A DNA stretch of 64,000 nt, from positions 7,068,001 through 7,132,000 of the forward strand of contig NC_043008.1 of NCBI RefSeq assembly GCF_006345805.1. The letters run 5' to 3'. Below the pieces are notes generated by a model. That model was given only the letters and a program-made list of their open reading frames with translations. It was not told the DNA's origin and made no database searches. Of the stretch, positions 41,465 through 54,319 are shown piece after piece; position 1 is the stretch's first letter; each line of letters starts with the position of its first letter. The position numbers and the translations under genes are program-made. Source of the stretch: Octopus sinensis. Taxonomy: Eukaryota.

Positions 41465-41796
41465 GGCGCATGGCATTGGTTAGAACGTCAGGCTCACAAT
41501 CATGTGGTTGTCAGATCGATCCATGTACCGGGCTATGTGCTGTGTTCCTGATCAAAACACTTTATTTCACGTTGCTCCAGTTCACCTCATCTGTAGAAAT
41601 GAGTTGCGACGTCACTGATGCCAAGCTGTATCGACCCCTTTGCCTTTCTCTTGGATAACATCGGTGGCATGGAGAGGAGATGCTGGTATGCATGGGCGAC
41701 TGTTGGCCTACCACAAAACACCTTGCCCGGATTTGAGTCTGGGAGGATAACTTTCTAGGTGCAACCCCATGGTCATTCATGGCCGAAAGGGTCTTT
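41465..41796 (+). mobile_element. SINE family C variant, full length (duplicated at 43263-43594)
   Basis: tRNA-like head ggcgcatggcattggttagaacgtcagg, core acactttatttcacgttgctccagttcac shared with 58673-58997, and 3' end catggccgaaagggtcttt. Confidence 0.8.
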
Positions 41797-42038
41797 GCTC
41801 TGTTTTTTGTTTTTAACCACTACTTCCTCGCACATCACTATAAACACTAGGCTCAACAGTTCATTACGCTCGTTTCGTCCCCTGGATTCATTCAACAGTC
41901 ATAATTTATCCTTCAGATGTTTATATACAAATTATCAAGAACATTAAAAAGCGTTCATTGAATGGTTAGGAAGGACATGAGAACTGCTGCAGATCGAAGA
42001 GATTGGACAGATTAAGATACATTCATATAATACATATC

Positions 42039-42080
<42 letters not shown>

Positions 42081-42081
42081 C

Positions 42082-42123
<42 letters not shown>

Positions 42124-43834
42124 GTCTGTCTGTCTGTCTGTCTGTCTGTACATATGTAGATGGATGATAAATACGTAGAGAGATAGCTTGATAGAAAGAT
42201 ATAGTGAACGAGTTGCTTGTGGTGTGTATGTATGTATTTGCATATACATTCGACGCATAAATGCAAACAAACACACACACACACACACACATGCACATAT
42301 CTGTGTGTGTGTGTGTGTGGGGTGTTCATAAACGTTTGCATATAAGCTGCTATCAATTTCATTTTCTCAAGTCAGTGTGTGAGGTCAATATAATTTAATC
42401 CAACATAATTCTTTGTCGATAACATTCAAATCTCAGATGTTTCAGCTACAAATATTTTGCTGTGAATTCAGCAAATTTCAAGATGAAGCCGTTGGCTGTT
42501 TCTTAGATGAACTCATAGATGTGTGCATGTGTGTATATATATACATATACACACACACATATATACATATACATACATTCATACATACATATATATGTAT
42601 TTGCGTGTCTATGTATTTATATATTGTGTATATGTTCTTTTTTTATTCTTTTTACTTGTTTCAGTCATTCGGCTGCGGCCATGCTGGAGCACTGACTTTA
42701 GCCGAACAAATCGACCCCAGGACTTATACTTTGTAAGCCGAGTTCTTATGCTATCGGCATCGTTAGCCGAACCGCTAATGTTCCGGAAACGTAAACGCAC
42801 CAACATCGGTTGTCAAGCGATCGGCGGGGGGGGGGACACACAAACATGCATACATACATATATATATATGTTCTTGCCAATTACGTCTAATTCTTAAATG
42901 AGTATGCACAACTACTACTACTACTACTACTACTGGTACCACGTTTTTAATAATACTTAAGGCGATAATTAACTAAATTATTAAAGTCGGTATTTAGTTA
43001 TCGCGCTTTGGAACTCTGTTAGGAATTTTTTTACGTTACCATATCTGATCCCGCTCAGCGTAAGTTACCATTCCATCATGAGAAATCGATGAAAGAATGC
43101 ATAAATCAAGTTTTAGGATCGGTATACAATCCCACCCTTAAGTATCTTCAACAAATTTGATTTCCCAGAAAGTTTAGATGTGGCCCACAACGGCGTACGC
43201 GCCTATATTGAAAATATTGCTTTGGTTAATGATGGCCACTGCTGCCCTACCCTTCCAGTCAAGGCGCATGGCATTGGTTAGAACGTCAGGCTCACAATCA
43301 TGTGGTTGTCAGATCGATCCATGTACCGGGCTATGTGCTGTGTTCCTGATCAAAACACTTTATTTCACGTTGCTCCAGTTCACTCATCTGTAGAAATGAG
43401 TTGCGACGTCACTGATGCCAAGCTGTATCGACCCCTTTGCCTTTCTCTTGGATAACATCGGTGGCATGGAGAGGAGAGGCTGGTATGCATGGGCGACTGT
43501 TGGCCTACCACAAAACAACCTTGCCCGGATTTGAGTCTGGGAGGATAACTTTCTAGGTGCAACCCCATGGTCATTCATGGCCGAAAGGGTCTTTGCTCTG
43601 TTTTTGTTTTTAACCACTACTTCCTCGCACATCACTATAAACACTAGGCTCAACAGTTCATTACGCGATCGTTCGTCCCCTGGATTCATTCAACAGTCAT
43701 AATTTATCCTTCAGATGTTAATATACAAATTATCAAAGGAACATTAAAAAGCGTTCATTGAATGGTTTAGGAAGGACATGAGAACTGCTGCAGATCGAAG
43801 AGATTGGACAGATTAAGATACATTCATATATACA

Positions 43835-43922
<88 letters not shown>

Positions 43923-44095
43923 GTCTGTCTGTCTGTCTGTCTGTACATATGTAGATGGATGATAAATACGTAGAGAGATAGCTTGATAGAAAGATATAGT
44001 GAACGAGTTGCTTGTGGTGTGTATGTATGTATTTGCATATACATGTCGACGCATAAATGCAAACAAACACACACACACACACACACATGCACATA

Positions 44096-44144
<49 letters not shown>

Positions 44145-44547
44145 CTGTGTGTGTATATGTTTCAGTCTAAACTTTACAAAAAGAAGAGAAAACAAATCCT
44201 ATTTGAAAATGCGTACATTTGATTGTATCTCGGTTTATTGTAAGAATGAGTGAAGAGATGTAAACAATGCGATAATTTACACAGACCGATGAACAGAGAT
44301 AGAGAGAGAGAGAGGGAGAAGGAGAGAGAGAAAGAAAGAGAGAGAGAGAAGGAGAGAGAGAGGGGAGGGAGAAAGAAAGAGAGAGAGAGAAAGACAGGAG
44401 AGAGAGAGAGTGTGTGAGATTAAAAGAGAGAGAGAGAGAGAGAGAGTCAGATACATACATACATACATTCATATAGATATACACATGCACAAATATGAGT
44501 GTGTGAGTGTGCACATGTATATGCAGATATGCAAATATATATATGCG

Positions 44548-44581
<34 letters not shown>

Positions 44582-44904
44582 GAAATATACACATACGCAC
44601 ATATGTGTATATGTATACATGTGTGCGTGCGTATGTAATTATATACGCACGCACGCACACTCACACACACATATATATACAAATATACAAGTATGTATAT
44701 ACAAATATACATAAACACATATGTGTGTGTGTGCATATATATACATGATGTATACATACATGCCTAACTTCTACCTCTCCATCCACCCATGGCATACACA
44801 CGCGTGTTTTTATCTATTTAACTTCAACAAGACACTCTGCCAATAAACACTTCGTTTCTCAGAATATTTTTTTATTAAGTGAGCAAACGCAGACACAATA
44901 CACA

Positions 44905-44943
44905 CACACATGTACACACAGACACACACACACACACACATGT

Positions 44944-44976
<33 letters not shown>

Positions 44977-45019
44977 CACACAAACGTAAATACACACACG
45001 CGCGGGTACACACACGCAT

Positions 45020-45060
<41 letters not shown>

Positions 45061-45087
45061 CACACAAACGTAAATACACACACGCAT

Positions 45088-45128
<41 letters not shown>

Positions 45129-45170
45129 CACACAAACGTAAATACACACACGCGCGGGTACACACAGCAT

Positions 45171-45207
<37 letters not shown>

Positions 45208-45245
45208 CAACAAAACGTAAATACACACACACGCATGTACACATA
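44905..45245. repeat. Higher-order minisatellite built from (CA)n/(TA)n modules
   Basis: Four 65-85 bp units, each containing caaacgtaaatacacacac...gcatgtacac(ac)n atatata; two also contain gcgcgggtac. Confidence 0.8.
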
Positions 45246-45998
45246 CACACATCGTTGTATAACAAACAAACGTACGTATGTTTATGTATGGCGGGAGAAG
45301 ACAAGCGATAAAGAGAACATAATCGAATGCTTGTATGAATATGTGTGTGTGTGTGTGTATGTATTTGTGTGTGTGTGTGTGTGTGTGTGTTTGTGTGTGT
45401 GCGGACGGTTTTTCTCTCTCTTTTCATTTATTCATTCTCTCTTTCTTTCTTACTTTTTCATATCTTCCTCTGTAGTTACGGAGCGAAAGAACCCTCTCTT
45501 TATGCAGCTACATACGTGTGTGTGTGTGTGTATGTGTATTTGTATGATTGCATGTATGTTTGCATGTATGTATGTGAGTATGTGTGTGTTTGCGCCGTGC
45601 GTGTGTGTTGTGTTTTGTGAAACCGAAAATCTTTGACGTTCCACCCGTGACTATCCTTTCATTGTCCGTTGTATCACCCTTCCCTTTTTTCATTTTCAGT
45701 TCCAGTTGGACAATATACAATCAGCAGGCTTTCTCTGCTCCCAGCGAAGTTGAGTATGAACTGAAGCGAGAGTTCCACTGCTATTTCTAGCATTATTTCA
45801 TCCCTATTACGTATGCATATATGTCCGCGTAAGCTTTCGTTACTGATGCGATTTAAGCGTGATGGAGTAATGCCCGTCCTTACCTCGAACCTACATGTCC
45901 ACTCCCTTATCACAACAACAACAACAGCAAAAATAATAACAACAACAGCAATAATAATAATATAATAATAATAATAATAATATAATAATAATAATAAT

Positions 45999-46216
45999 CT
46001 GTTCTACTCTAGGCACAAAGTCCGATGTTTTGGGGAAGGTGGGAGGCCAGTCGATTAGATCGACACCAGTACGCATCTGGTACTTAGTTTATCGGCCTCG
46101 AAAGGATATAAGGAAAAGGTCGACCTCGTCGGAATTTGAACTCAGAACGTGAAGACGGACGAAACATCGCTAAGCATATCGCACGGCGTGCTAACGATTC
46201 TGCCAAGCTCGCCGCC
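45999..46216 (-). mobile_element. SINE family A, full length, inside (AAT)n
   Basis: Complete head-to-tail match to family A, with (AAT)n on both sides. Confidence 0.9.
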
Positions 46217-46219
46217 TTC

Positions 46220-46261
<42 letters not shown>

Positions 46262-46308
46262 TTAATAATAATAATAATATAATAATAATAATATTAATAA
46301 TAATGATG

Positions 46309-46363
<55 letters not shown>

Positions 46364-47414
46364 AGGGCTTCGTATATTTAACCCCAGTGTCACTTTGATG
46401 GCATGCACAAGGGACTAAACATAGAGGGGACAAACAAGGACAGACAAACGGATTAAGTCGATTACATCGACTCCAGTGCGAAACTGGTACTTTATTTATC
46501 GACCCCCGAAAGGATGAAAGGCAATAATCCTTTCTTTATTGGCCCTAAGGGCCGACCGAACACAAAATCTATAAGGACAATACAAAAAAAAAAACAAGGG
46601 ACAAGTGGGGTTTAAAACAGAAAACTTGTGAACAAAAAACAAAAAAACAACAACACAAAGACAAAAAACTATGCATATAAATACTATTATTAATAATGTG
46701 TAAGAGCAGCAGCAGCGGCCGCAGCAGTAGCAGCAGCAGCAAGAACATTGTAAACAGCGAGTCGTCTGTCAAACAGCCTGCTTTTACATTCAACCGCTGT
46801 AACCATAACCACTTCAGTACGCCTCTTAACACAGCTGCTAATCGATTGATTCAGCCTATTGACGCCTCTCACTTGCACACTCCATTTCTTACCCTCCTCC
46901 CCTTCTTACTCTTCCTCCCCCTCTTCACTTACTCTCCTTCCTCAAAATTGGTTTTGTTTTTGTTGTTTTTTTTCTGCTTGTGTGTGTTTCGGTTTTTGCA
47001 TGTGAGTGAACATTATATATATATATATATTATATATAGATATATATATATAGATATATATATATAGATATATATATATATATATATATATAAAGTTAGC
47101 TCATATGCAAATGCCACATATGTATATATACATGCATATATGGGTACAGGATATAAAATAAAACATGAACATAAAGACGAACAAGAACATAAAAAAAACA
47201 GTGAAAACGAACGATTTTCGAAGAACGAAAGAAACAAATAGAGAAACGAGACAGGAGACAAGGAACATAAAGAACATTCCTTCATCAGTTGTCCCTTGTT
47301 TTATCTCCGCGTTTCGAAGATTGGGACATATGTGTATATATATATATAATATATATATATATAATATATATATATATTATATATATATTATATATGATAC
47401 ATACATACGTACGT

Positions 47415-47446
<32 letters not shown>

Positions 47447-49205
47447 CAACAGATGTCTAGATATAATTAGACGAAATATAAATAAAGCAGAAGAGGGGTA
47501 AAGGCCACCCACCTACACAGACGCCAATTAGGTTGGAACGAGGTGGTACCCCACGAAGCCGCCTGTTTCCGCTCCTCTGTATTGGAGCGTGTAAGAACTA
47601 CCTTCTCTGGGTATTCCAGTTTCAGGTTATGACAGACCATGGATGAAGTTCTTCCCTTATTATTCGAGCGTGCCATTTTCCTTTCCCTCATTTCATAACA
47701 TCCGTTATTCCTGAAAGGCATTCATTGGCAATCTGCGTAGCCACATATCTCAGAGCATCGCGAAATGTGGGTTGCCTTCCTTTGTTGATCTTACACACAC
47801 ATCTTTACTTTGACTTTCTTTCATCCTTTGTTGTGAGTTTTACTTCTTGCCTTCTCTGAGATCCCTACTGTTTTCCAGCCTCCATTTATTTTTCAGCATT
47901 GAAAGAGGATGGCCTGGCACTTCGGAGAGAGAACTCATCAACTTTCTCATCGTCAGCTCGACATTGAGGTTTATGAGAGATTTTCATCTGTTATCAGAGA
48001 TGTAACCATTGGGGCTTTAAAACAGTCGTTTCTACTGATGTAGTTGCTGCCTCTTCTGTTCGTCCCATTCATCCTACAAGTTCCTCTTAGCATAAAACGC
48101 CCAAACAGGCCATATTCGAGCATAGATAACAGTTTAGCTTTCTGTCTTGTACAAACAGCCATATTGTCTTTCAAATTTATAGATGGTGGTTTCATGAGAA
48201 CCTGATTGTCCGTCCAGTCCATGTCGCTGTATGGTATCTCAGGACCCACTATCTGATTGTATTTTGTCACAAGGTGACCTGAAGCCAAAGGTCTATGACT
48301 GTATCATATACTTCACCGCAACCATCAGGCTACGCTGCCCTGTATACGGAGATATACCACTTTATGGGAAGCTACGTGACGAACCAACTCTGACAGGCTT
48401 ATTCCCCGTATTTCTCAGCTTTTCAAGACCAAACTCACACACCAATAAACCTTATCGTCAACAGTAAAGAAAGAAAAAACATTCTACATGTCACATAACG
48501 CCTGCTTTAACTTTCTGAGGGCAACTGAAGCCCTTCAATTGTTCACAAAATTGAGTTATCTTCCATTTTGTTCATTCTTATATAAATCCGCCAAGCAATG
48601 TGACACCAGCTTCATTTACGTAACAGTGCCATGAATGTCTGCGAAATAATGTCACCATTATTCATTTGAATAGCAGCGCTGTGAAAAAAATTATTTTTGT
48701 TGCAGCCATTAATACGTTTATTTCTGTCGCCTGAATTTGTCGGTGTTCAAACTTAATTTTTTATATATATATATTTCACAAAGTGTATGTCTCTACCTGT
48801 TTGACTGAATATGTTTTCAGTTTACGCTTGCAGTTGTTCAATGATATTTTCTTAGAATCTATTCTTACTGCTTTACAATACAAAGCTATATTTAAACGAG
48901 TGTAAACACAAATTTAAAAATATTTTCAAAAAAGAAAGGTATTTTTGTCAACGATCGGTAGAGTGAATTCTCGCACCATTTCCTCTTCTTTCTCAAGCAA
49001 CACATCGTTCTTTGTATCCTCTTTCTCACCATTGAAGTCATTCCTCAAGTCTATTAAAATCTTATTTGAGGACCACGAAATTCGTGTCGTCTTCCTATTG
49101 GCAGTGTTTGGCATTATTCTTCCTCGATGTTTGTCGTCCTCATTCCGATTCAAATAAGTTACAGTTGTCCAAAATACGCCATTAGTGAGTGCAGTCGTAT
49201 ATTTA

Positions 49206-49268
<63 letters not shown>

Positions 49269-49350
49269 CCTTGACTGAGATTGAAGGCTTCGAATGACCC
49301 TCCGTGTTTTTTGTATCGTCTTCTGAATGTTTTGCGTTCTTGTCCCATTT

Positions 49351-49394
<44 letters not shown>

Positions 49395-49694
49395 CATACA
49401 TGTGCGTAGTGAGATTGTAGTGAGAAAAGCACTATTTATTCGACTTATAACACCAGAAATTTTCTCATCATCGTCATAATCATCGTCGACGTCGTCATTA
49501 TTATAACATCCTCATCATCATCGATACCAGCAACGCAATCACCATCACCATCGCCACCACCATCATCAACGAAATAATCTTTGCATTTTTAAAATTCTAG
49601 GCTACGGTTCCTTACCAGACTTTGCTGTCTCTATTTCTTGTTGTTGTTGTTGTTGTTGTAGTGGTGGTTATTATAAATGCCATCTTCTCACACC

Positions 49695-49742
49695 GTCTCC
49701 GATGAAGGCATATAATAAATATCCTTGAAACAGCTGTAAGAC
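49695..49742 (+). ncRNA. Minimal type-I hammerhead-ribozyme-like motif (PLE type)
   Basis: gtct-CCGATGA-aggcatat[aataa]atatcctt-GAAA-cagctg-TA-agac. Stem I is 4 bp, stem II about 7/8 bp, and stem III is the palindrome acagctgt. The predicted GUA cleavage site is after 49738. The only core deviation is U4->C. Confidence 0.6.
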
Positions 49743-50078
49743 CTTCTACTTATGAATGTTCTAAAATCTACACAGCCTTGGTTTTTTATCTCATTACACC
49801 CAAAATTATATATATATATATATATCTGTTTGTGTGTATGACCGAGTACAGGCTTCACTACGTATTTGTGCGTGTAGGCAAACCAATTGATCTTCTTATA
49901 ATAAATAAATTTTATTCATTGTCGATCTTAGTCTGTTGTTTTATGTTTGTGTTTCTGTTGTGTTTCTCTGCTTTGTACTATTTTTGTTATTTCTCTTTTT
50001 ATATCAAATATTCAATACATATCTCTCTCCTCTTCTCTCTCTTTCGCAGTGTGGTGTTAGTGTACATATTATATATAA

Positions 50079-50127
<49 letters not shown>

Positions 50128-50978
50128 TAAATATATATATTTATGTATCTGTATACACATATATATATAATATATAGATATATGTCTATATATATACATA
50201 ATATATATATATAGATATATGTCTATATATATATAGAGAGAGAGACATATATATAATGTGCAACCCATAATGATAAATTATATATATAATATATGAATAT
50301 GTGTGTGTCTGTGTTTGTCTGCATACATATATATGTGTATGATTGTTTTTGTGTATGTAATATATATATATATATATACTCACACAGACCACACATATGC
50401 ATACATACGTGCGTCCACACGTACAGCTTTGACATAATGTGGTCTTTGATTAAAAATAATAAACAAACTCACTTCATAGAGTATAATATTATCTGATCAT
50501 TAATATTAATAAATTTACATACGAAGCAATTAAAGAATTTCTCTTTTATTTAAAACCACATTTTAACTTGACCATTATACGAGTTTTAATCTCGTTCCAA
50601 TATATATATATTGTGTGTGTGTGTGTGTGTGTGTACCGTATTTGATGGCGTGTAAGACGTACCCTTTTATTTTACCCAAACATGGTTTCAAAAATCCTCC
50701 CTACGTCCAATGCACTCAATGTAAGCTCAAAACTCGCTCAAAACGGTATGTATGCTTACAAAACGTGTGCTGCCACCTGTTGGTGAGTAATTGCCTACGG
50801 TATGTTTATAGCGAATGCAGATGCAATAAATTGCTTATAATTACCTGTAATAACATAAAGTTATAGAGGTAAGTGGAGGAATTAAAACATTATTTTAGTG
50901 GTAATTTATTTTACAAAAGTATAGCTTAGGCTACGGCGTGTCCTATGCACCCCTGCATCTTATAGGTCATAAAATACA

Positions 50979-51029
<51 letters not shown>

Positions 51030-51045
51030 CACACACACCACACAC

Positions 51046-51094
<49 letters not shown>

Positions 51095-51446
51095 TCTATA
51101 TATTCTAGTGCGGGAGAGATAATTGGTACATGGGTGCATGTGTGTGTGCGCGAACGTATGTGCGGCCGGTGGAGAACGAAGACGGAGTCAGGGGAGCAGC
51201 TGTAAGAAGTTAGACAATAACCAGGTTTGATCGTCTTAAGTCGACAAGCTTTCTCTATCTCATACTTACTCTAAATCTGAGCTTAATCTACCACTAATCT
51301 GTAAGAACAATCGCTCATTTAAATTCTCTTTCTTTATTCCCTGTCTTTTATCTCAGAGAGGAAACGGTCTCTTCATTTCATTGGCATGCAATATTTTGTG
51401 AGAATTGATACTATAAAGACGTCTATGCATCTATTTATCCATCCAT

Positions 51447-51480
<34 letters not shown>

Positions 51481-51989
51481 GTATATATATATATACGAGC
51501 AAAACGCATTCCCCATCCAATGGACGGTGCTGAGTTGTCAAAAATTTAAACCAAATTTTCTCAAAACAACTTGTCCGACCGTCCCTTTGAGAAACACTGA
51601 TTTAACCTAAATTTGAGACACCAGCAAAAGAAGAAATAAAGATAGACTCTTTTCTTATTCCAAAGAAAAACGATTTTATTCACACAAATATGCAACCGAA
51701 GAGTTTAAAGTACCAGTAGTGATAAGGCTGTTGACTGGGAGAACACAAACATGGTTTAAACAGTAAGCTTGGCAGGAAAGAAACATGCCTTTAAGCAGTA
51801 CAAAAACAAAAAGTGCAAGGTGCAGTTATGTACAGGTTGACGGGAGAAAAGCAGGACAAAAACGGCTTTATCAATCGCATTCTCACTTGGAATCGATTTT
51901 TGTAATTTTTTCAAGACTTATACACGCCCTGATACCGGACAGACAGAACGGATTTTATATAAGAGATATATATATATATAACCACATGT

Positions 51990-52165
51990 GAGTCGTTGGC
52001 GATTTTTTTGCCTCCGTCTTCCTTTTCTATTGGACTTGCCTCTGTAACTGAAGAAGAGCATTGCTCGAAACGTTAAACCACATTTCATTCCTTCCCTGAG
52101 CGTCTGCTAATACTTTACATGTACCACGTCCTCACGTTATTGCTTTTGTGTTGTTCTTCTTCATG
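51990..52165 (+). mobile_element. PLE-like short repeat copy with hammerhead-like core
   Basis: CTGAAGA-a-gagc-att-gctc-GAAA-cgtt at 52048-52074, followed by cctgagcgt..ctaatac as in the related copies. Confidence 0.5.
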
Positions 52166-52755
52166 TGTGTGTGTGTGTGTGTGTATTAGTCATATGCACA
52201 GTAAGCAGCGATTATTACAATAAAGCTGAGTACATGTATATTTTTTATGCGCTAGTGTACGCTCGAAGACGTTCGCTGCAGTGTTTGCTGGGAAGATATT
52301 TTCCTCATAGACCGTGCGTATAAACACATAAACACACACACACGCATACGTAGACAGACGTACATTCACACGCACACACGTTTATCTTGCTCAAAATATG
52401 TAAATTTAGTCAAGCTCTCAGCTTGATTCAAAATAGCGATGTTATTATTTTTTTTTTCTTATTAAAGCTTAATATCTCGGTTGAACATTATTCTTGCAAG
52501 AGTTACGATTGGCAGTGAATGAAACCAAAACTTCATACTTAAGAGAAAGAAATAAATGAAGTGAAACGCCTCATTTAGTTATGGCCAATTTGAATTGTAA
52601 CAACTTCACAGAAACCTCTCCAATTTCATAAATAGGCAGAACATTTTTTGTTCAGATCATCTTACGGAATGAGTGATATATAATTTCAGCACTAATGTAT
52701 CGTCTGTCGGAGAAGATGAAATAGAACTCAGCATTAATACATTATACTCATTTAA

Positions 52756-52952
52756 GGTGGCGAGCAGAATCGTTAGCACTTCGGGCAAAATGCCTGGCGG
52801 CCGTCTATACACTGTGGTTTCAAATGCCGACTTTACCTTTCATTCTTTTGGGGTCGACAAATTGAGTACCAGTTGCATACTGGGGTTAGATGTGATCGGC
52901 TTACCAACTCCGCCCGTGGAATTGCTGGCCTTGTGCCCAAACTGGAAACTAA
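52756..52952 (+). mobile_element. SINE family A (decayed)
   Basis: ggtggcgagcagaatcgttagcac...gactttacctttcattcttttggggtcgac...ggccttgtgccc. Confidence 0.85.
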
Positions 52953-52970
52953 TGTACTATACTGATTTAA

Positions 52971-53180
52971 GGCTGTGAGCTGGAAATATTGTTAGCATTC
53001 CGGAAGAATGCCTAGCGACATTTCGTCTGTCTTTGCGTTCTGAGTTCAAATTCCACCGATGTCGACTTTGCCTTTCTTCCTTTCGGGGTCGATAATTTAA
53101 GTACCAGTTGCATACTGGGGTCGATCTAATCGACTGGCCTCTTCCCCCAACATTTCTGGCTTTGTACCTAGAGTAGAAAA
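52971..53180 (+). mobile_element. SINE family A, second adjacent copy
   Basis: ggctgtgagctgg...gagttcaaattccaccg...ctggggtcgatctaatcgactggcc...cctagagtagaaaa. Confidence 0.9.
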
Positions 53181-53384
53181 AATATATTATACTCATTTGA
53201 TGAGTGAACCTAAAAGTAGAATTTAGTCGACCCTTTGTGAAATTGTAGTTCTTCTTTGTGAAAGGTTTTTGTAACCTAAACTGTTCGTAAGTTCTGAATT
53301 CACTTCTGCATAAAATGGTGATATGACCCTGATCAAGGTAAAACGTCGTTTCTGCCAGCAATCACCATTGCCGCCGATGCCATT

Positions 53385-54030
53385 ACCACCAGCCTCAGCG
53401 CCATCAGCACCACCACTACCACCACTAACATCAACGATCACTATTCTCACCATAGCAACCAATGATCACTACTACCACCATAGAAACCGCAACCACCACG
53501 TATACCACTATCACAGTCTCAGCACCACTACAACCAACAGCTCCACAATCACTACCATCACCGCCACCGCCACCTCCGCTACCATCATGACCACCACTGC
53601 CATCACCACTACCACCTCCCACAACAACAACAACAATCACTATCACAACCATCACCACCACCGTCACCTTCGCTCCCATCATCATCACCACCACCACGCC
53701 ACCACCACTACCACCACCACCACCAATAACAACAGCAACAACAATCACTACCACCACCATCACCACCACCACCACTACCTCCGCTACCATCACCACCACC
53801 ACCACTGCCACCACCACCAATAACAACAGCAACACCGATCATAAGTATCACCAGCACACGCCTCCGCTACCATCATCATCGTCATCATCACCACCGCCGC
53901 GGCCGCCACCACTAACTACTAAATGTATCACCATCTCAAACAGTACCACCACTAAATAACACCACCAACTGCACTCCCCCTAATCTCCACCACCATCCTA
54001 CCAGCACCCCCACCCACCCCGCCACCATCG
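53385..54030. repeat. Degenerate (CAC/CAT/CAA)n trinucleotide array
   Basis: Long low-complexity ACC/ATC/AAC tract that explains the poly-His/Thr and poly-Val ORFs. Similar arrays occur at about 500-620, 28720-28900, 35570-35660 and 63600-64000. Confidence 0.9.
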
Positions 54031-54319
54031 CCAAGCTCCGAGCATCACATGGCACTCATTATTCAACCCAAAACAAAACGAAACACTTTCGGTAAAATAC
54101 TGCTTAAAATTTTTAATCAAGTAAAAACTCCCAGAATCTGTAACACTTCATCAGTTTAAGAGCTGAAAAATACACACACACACAAACATATTTACATCTA
54201 TGTATATACACAGGCATACATACACACACATGCACACACATACATACATACATGCAAAAATACATATGTATATATATATAAGTATATACATATATGTATG
54301 TATTATGGATATATATATA

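Larger units (their letters stand above)
40512..44142. repeat. Direct tandem duplication, unit ~1812 bp (40512-42323, 42324-~44142)
   Basis: gttcataaacgtttgcatataagctgc starts at 40512 and 42324. The same order of SINE B, unique DNA, SINE C and (CTAT)n is repeated. Junctions lie in (GT)n. Confidence 0.95.

Noticed and set aside
53323-53835. 166-aa His/Thr-rich and 134-aa Val-rich ORFs
   Set aside because: They derive from a (CAC/CAT/CAA)n array open on both strands. No splice or domain support, and similar arrays recur in the window.
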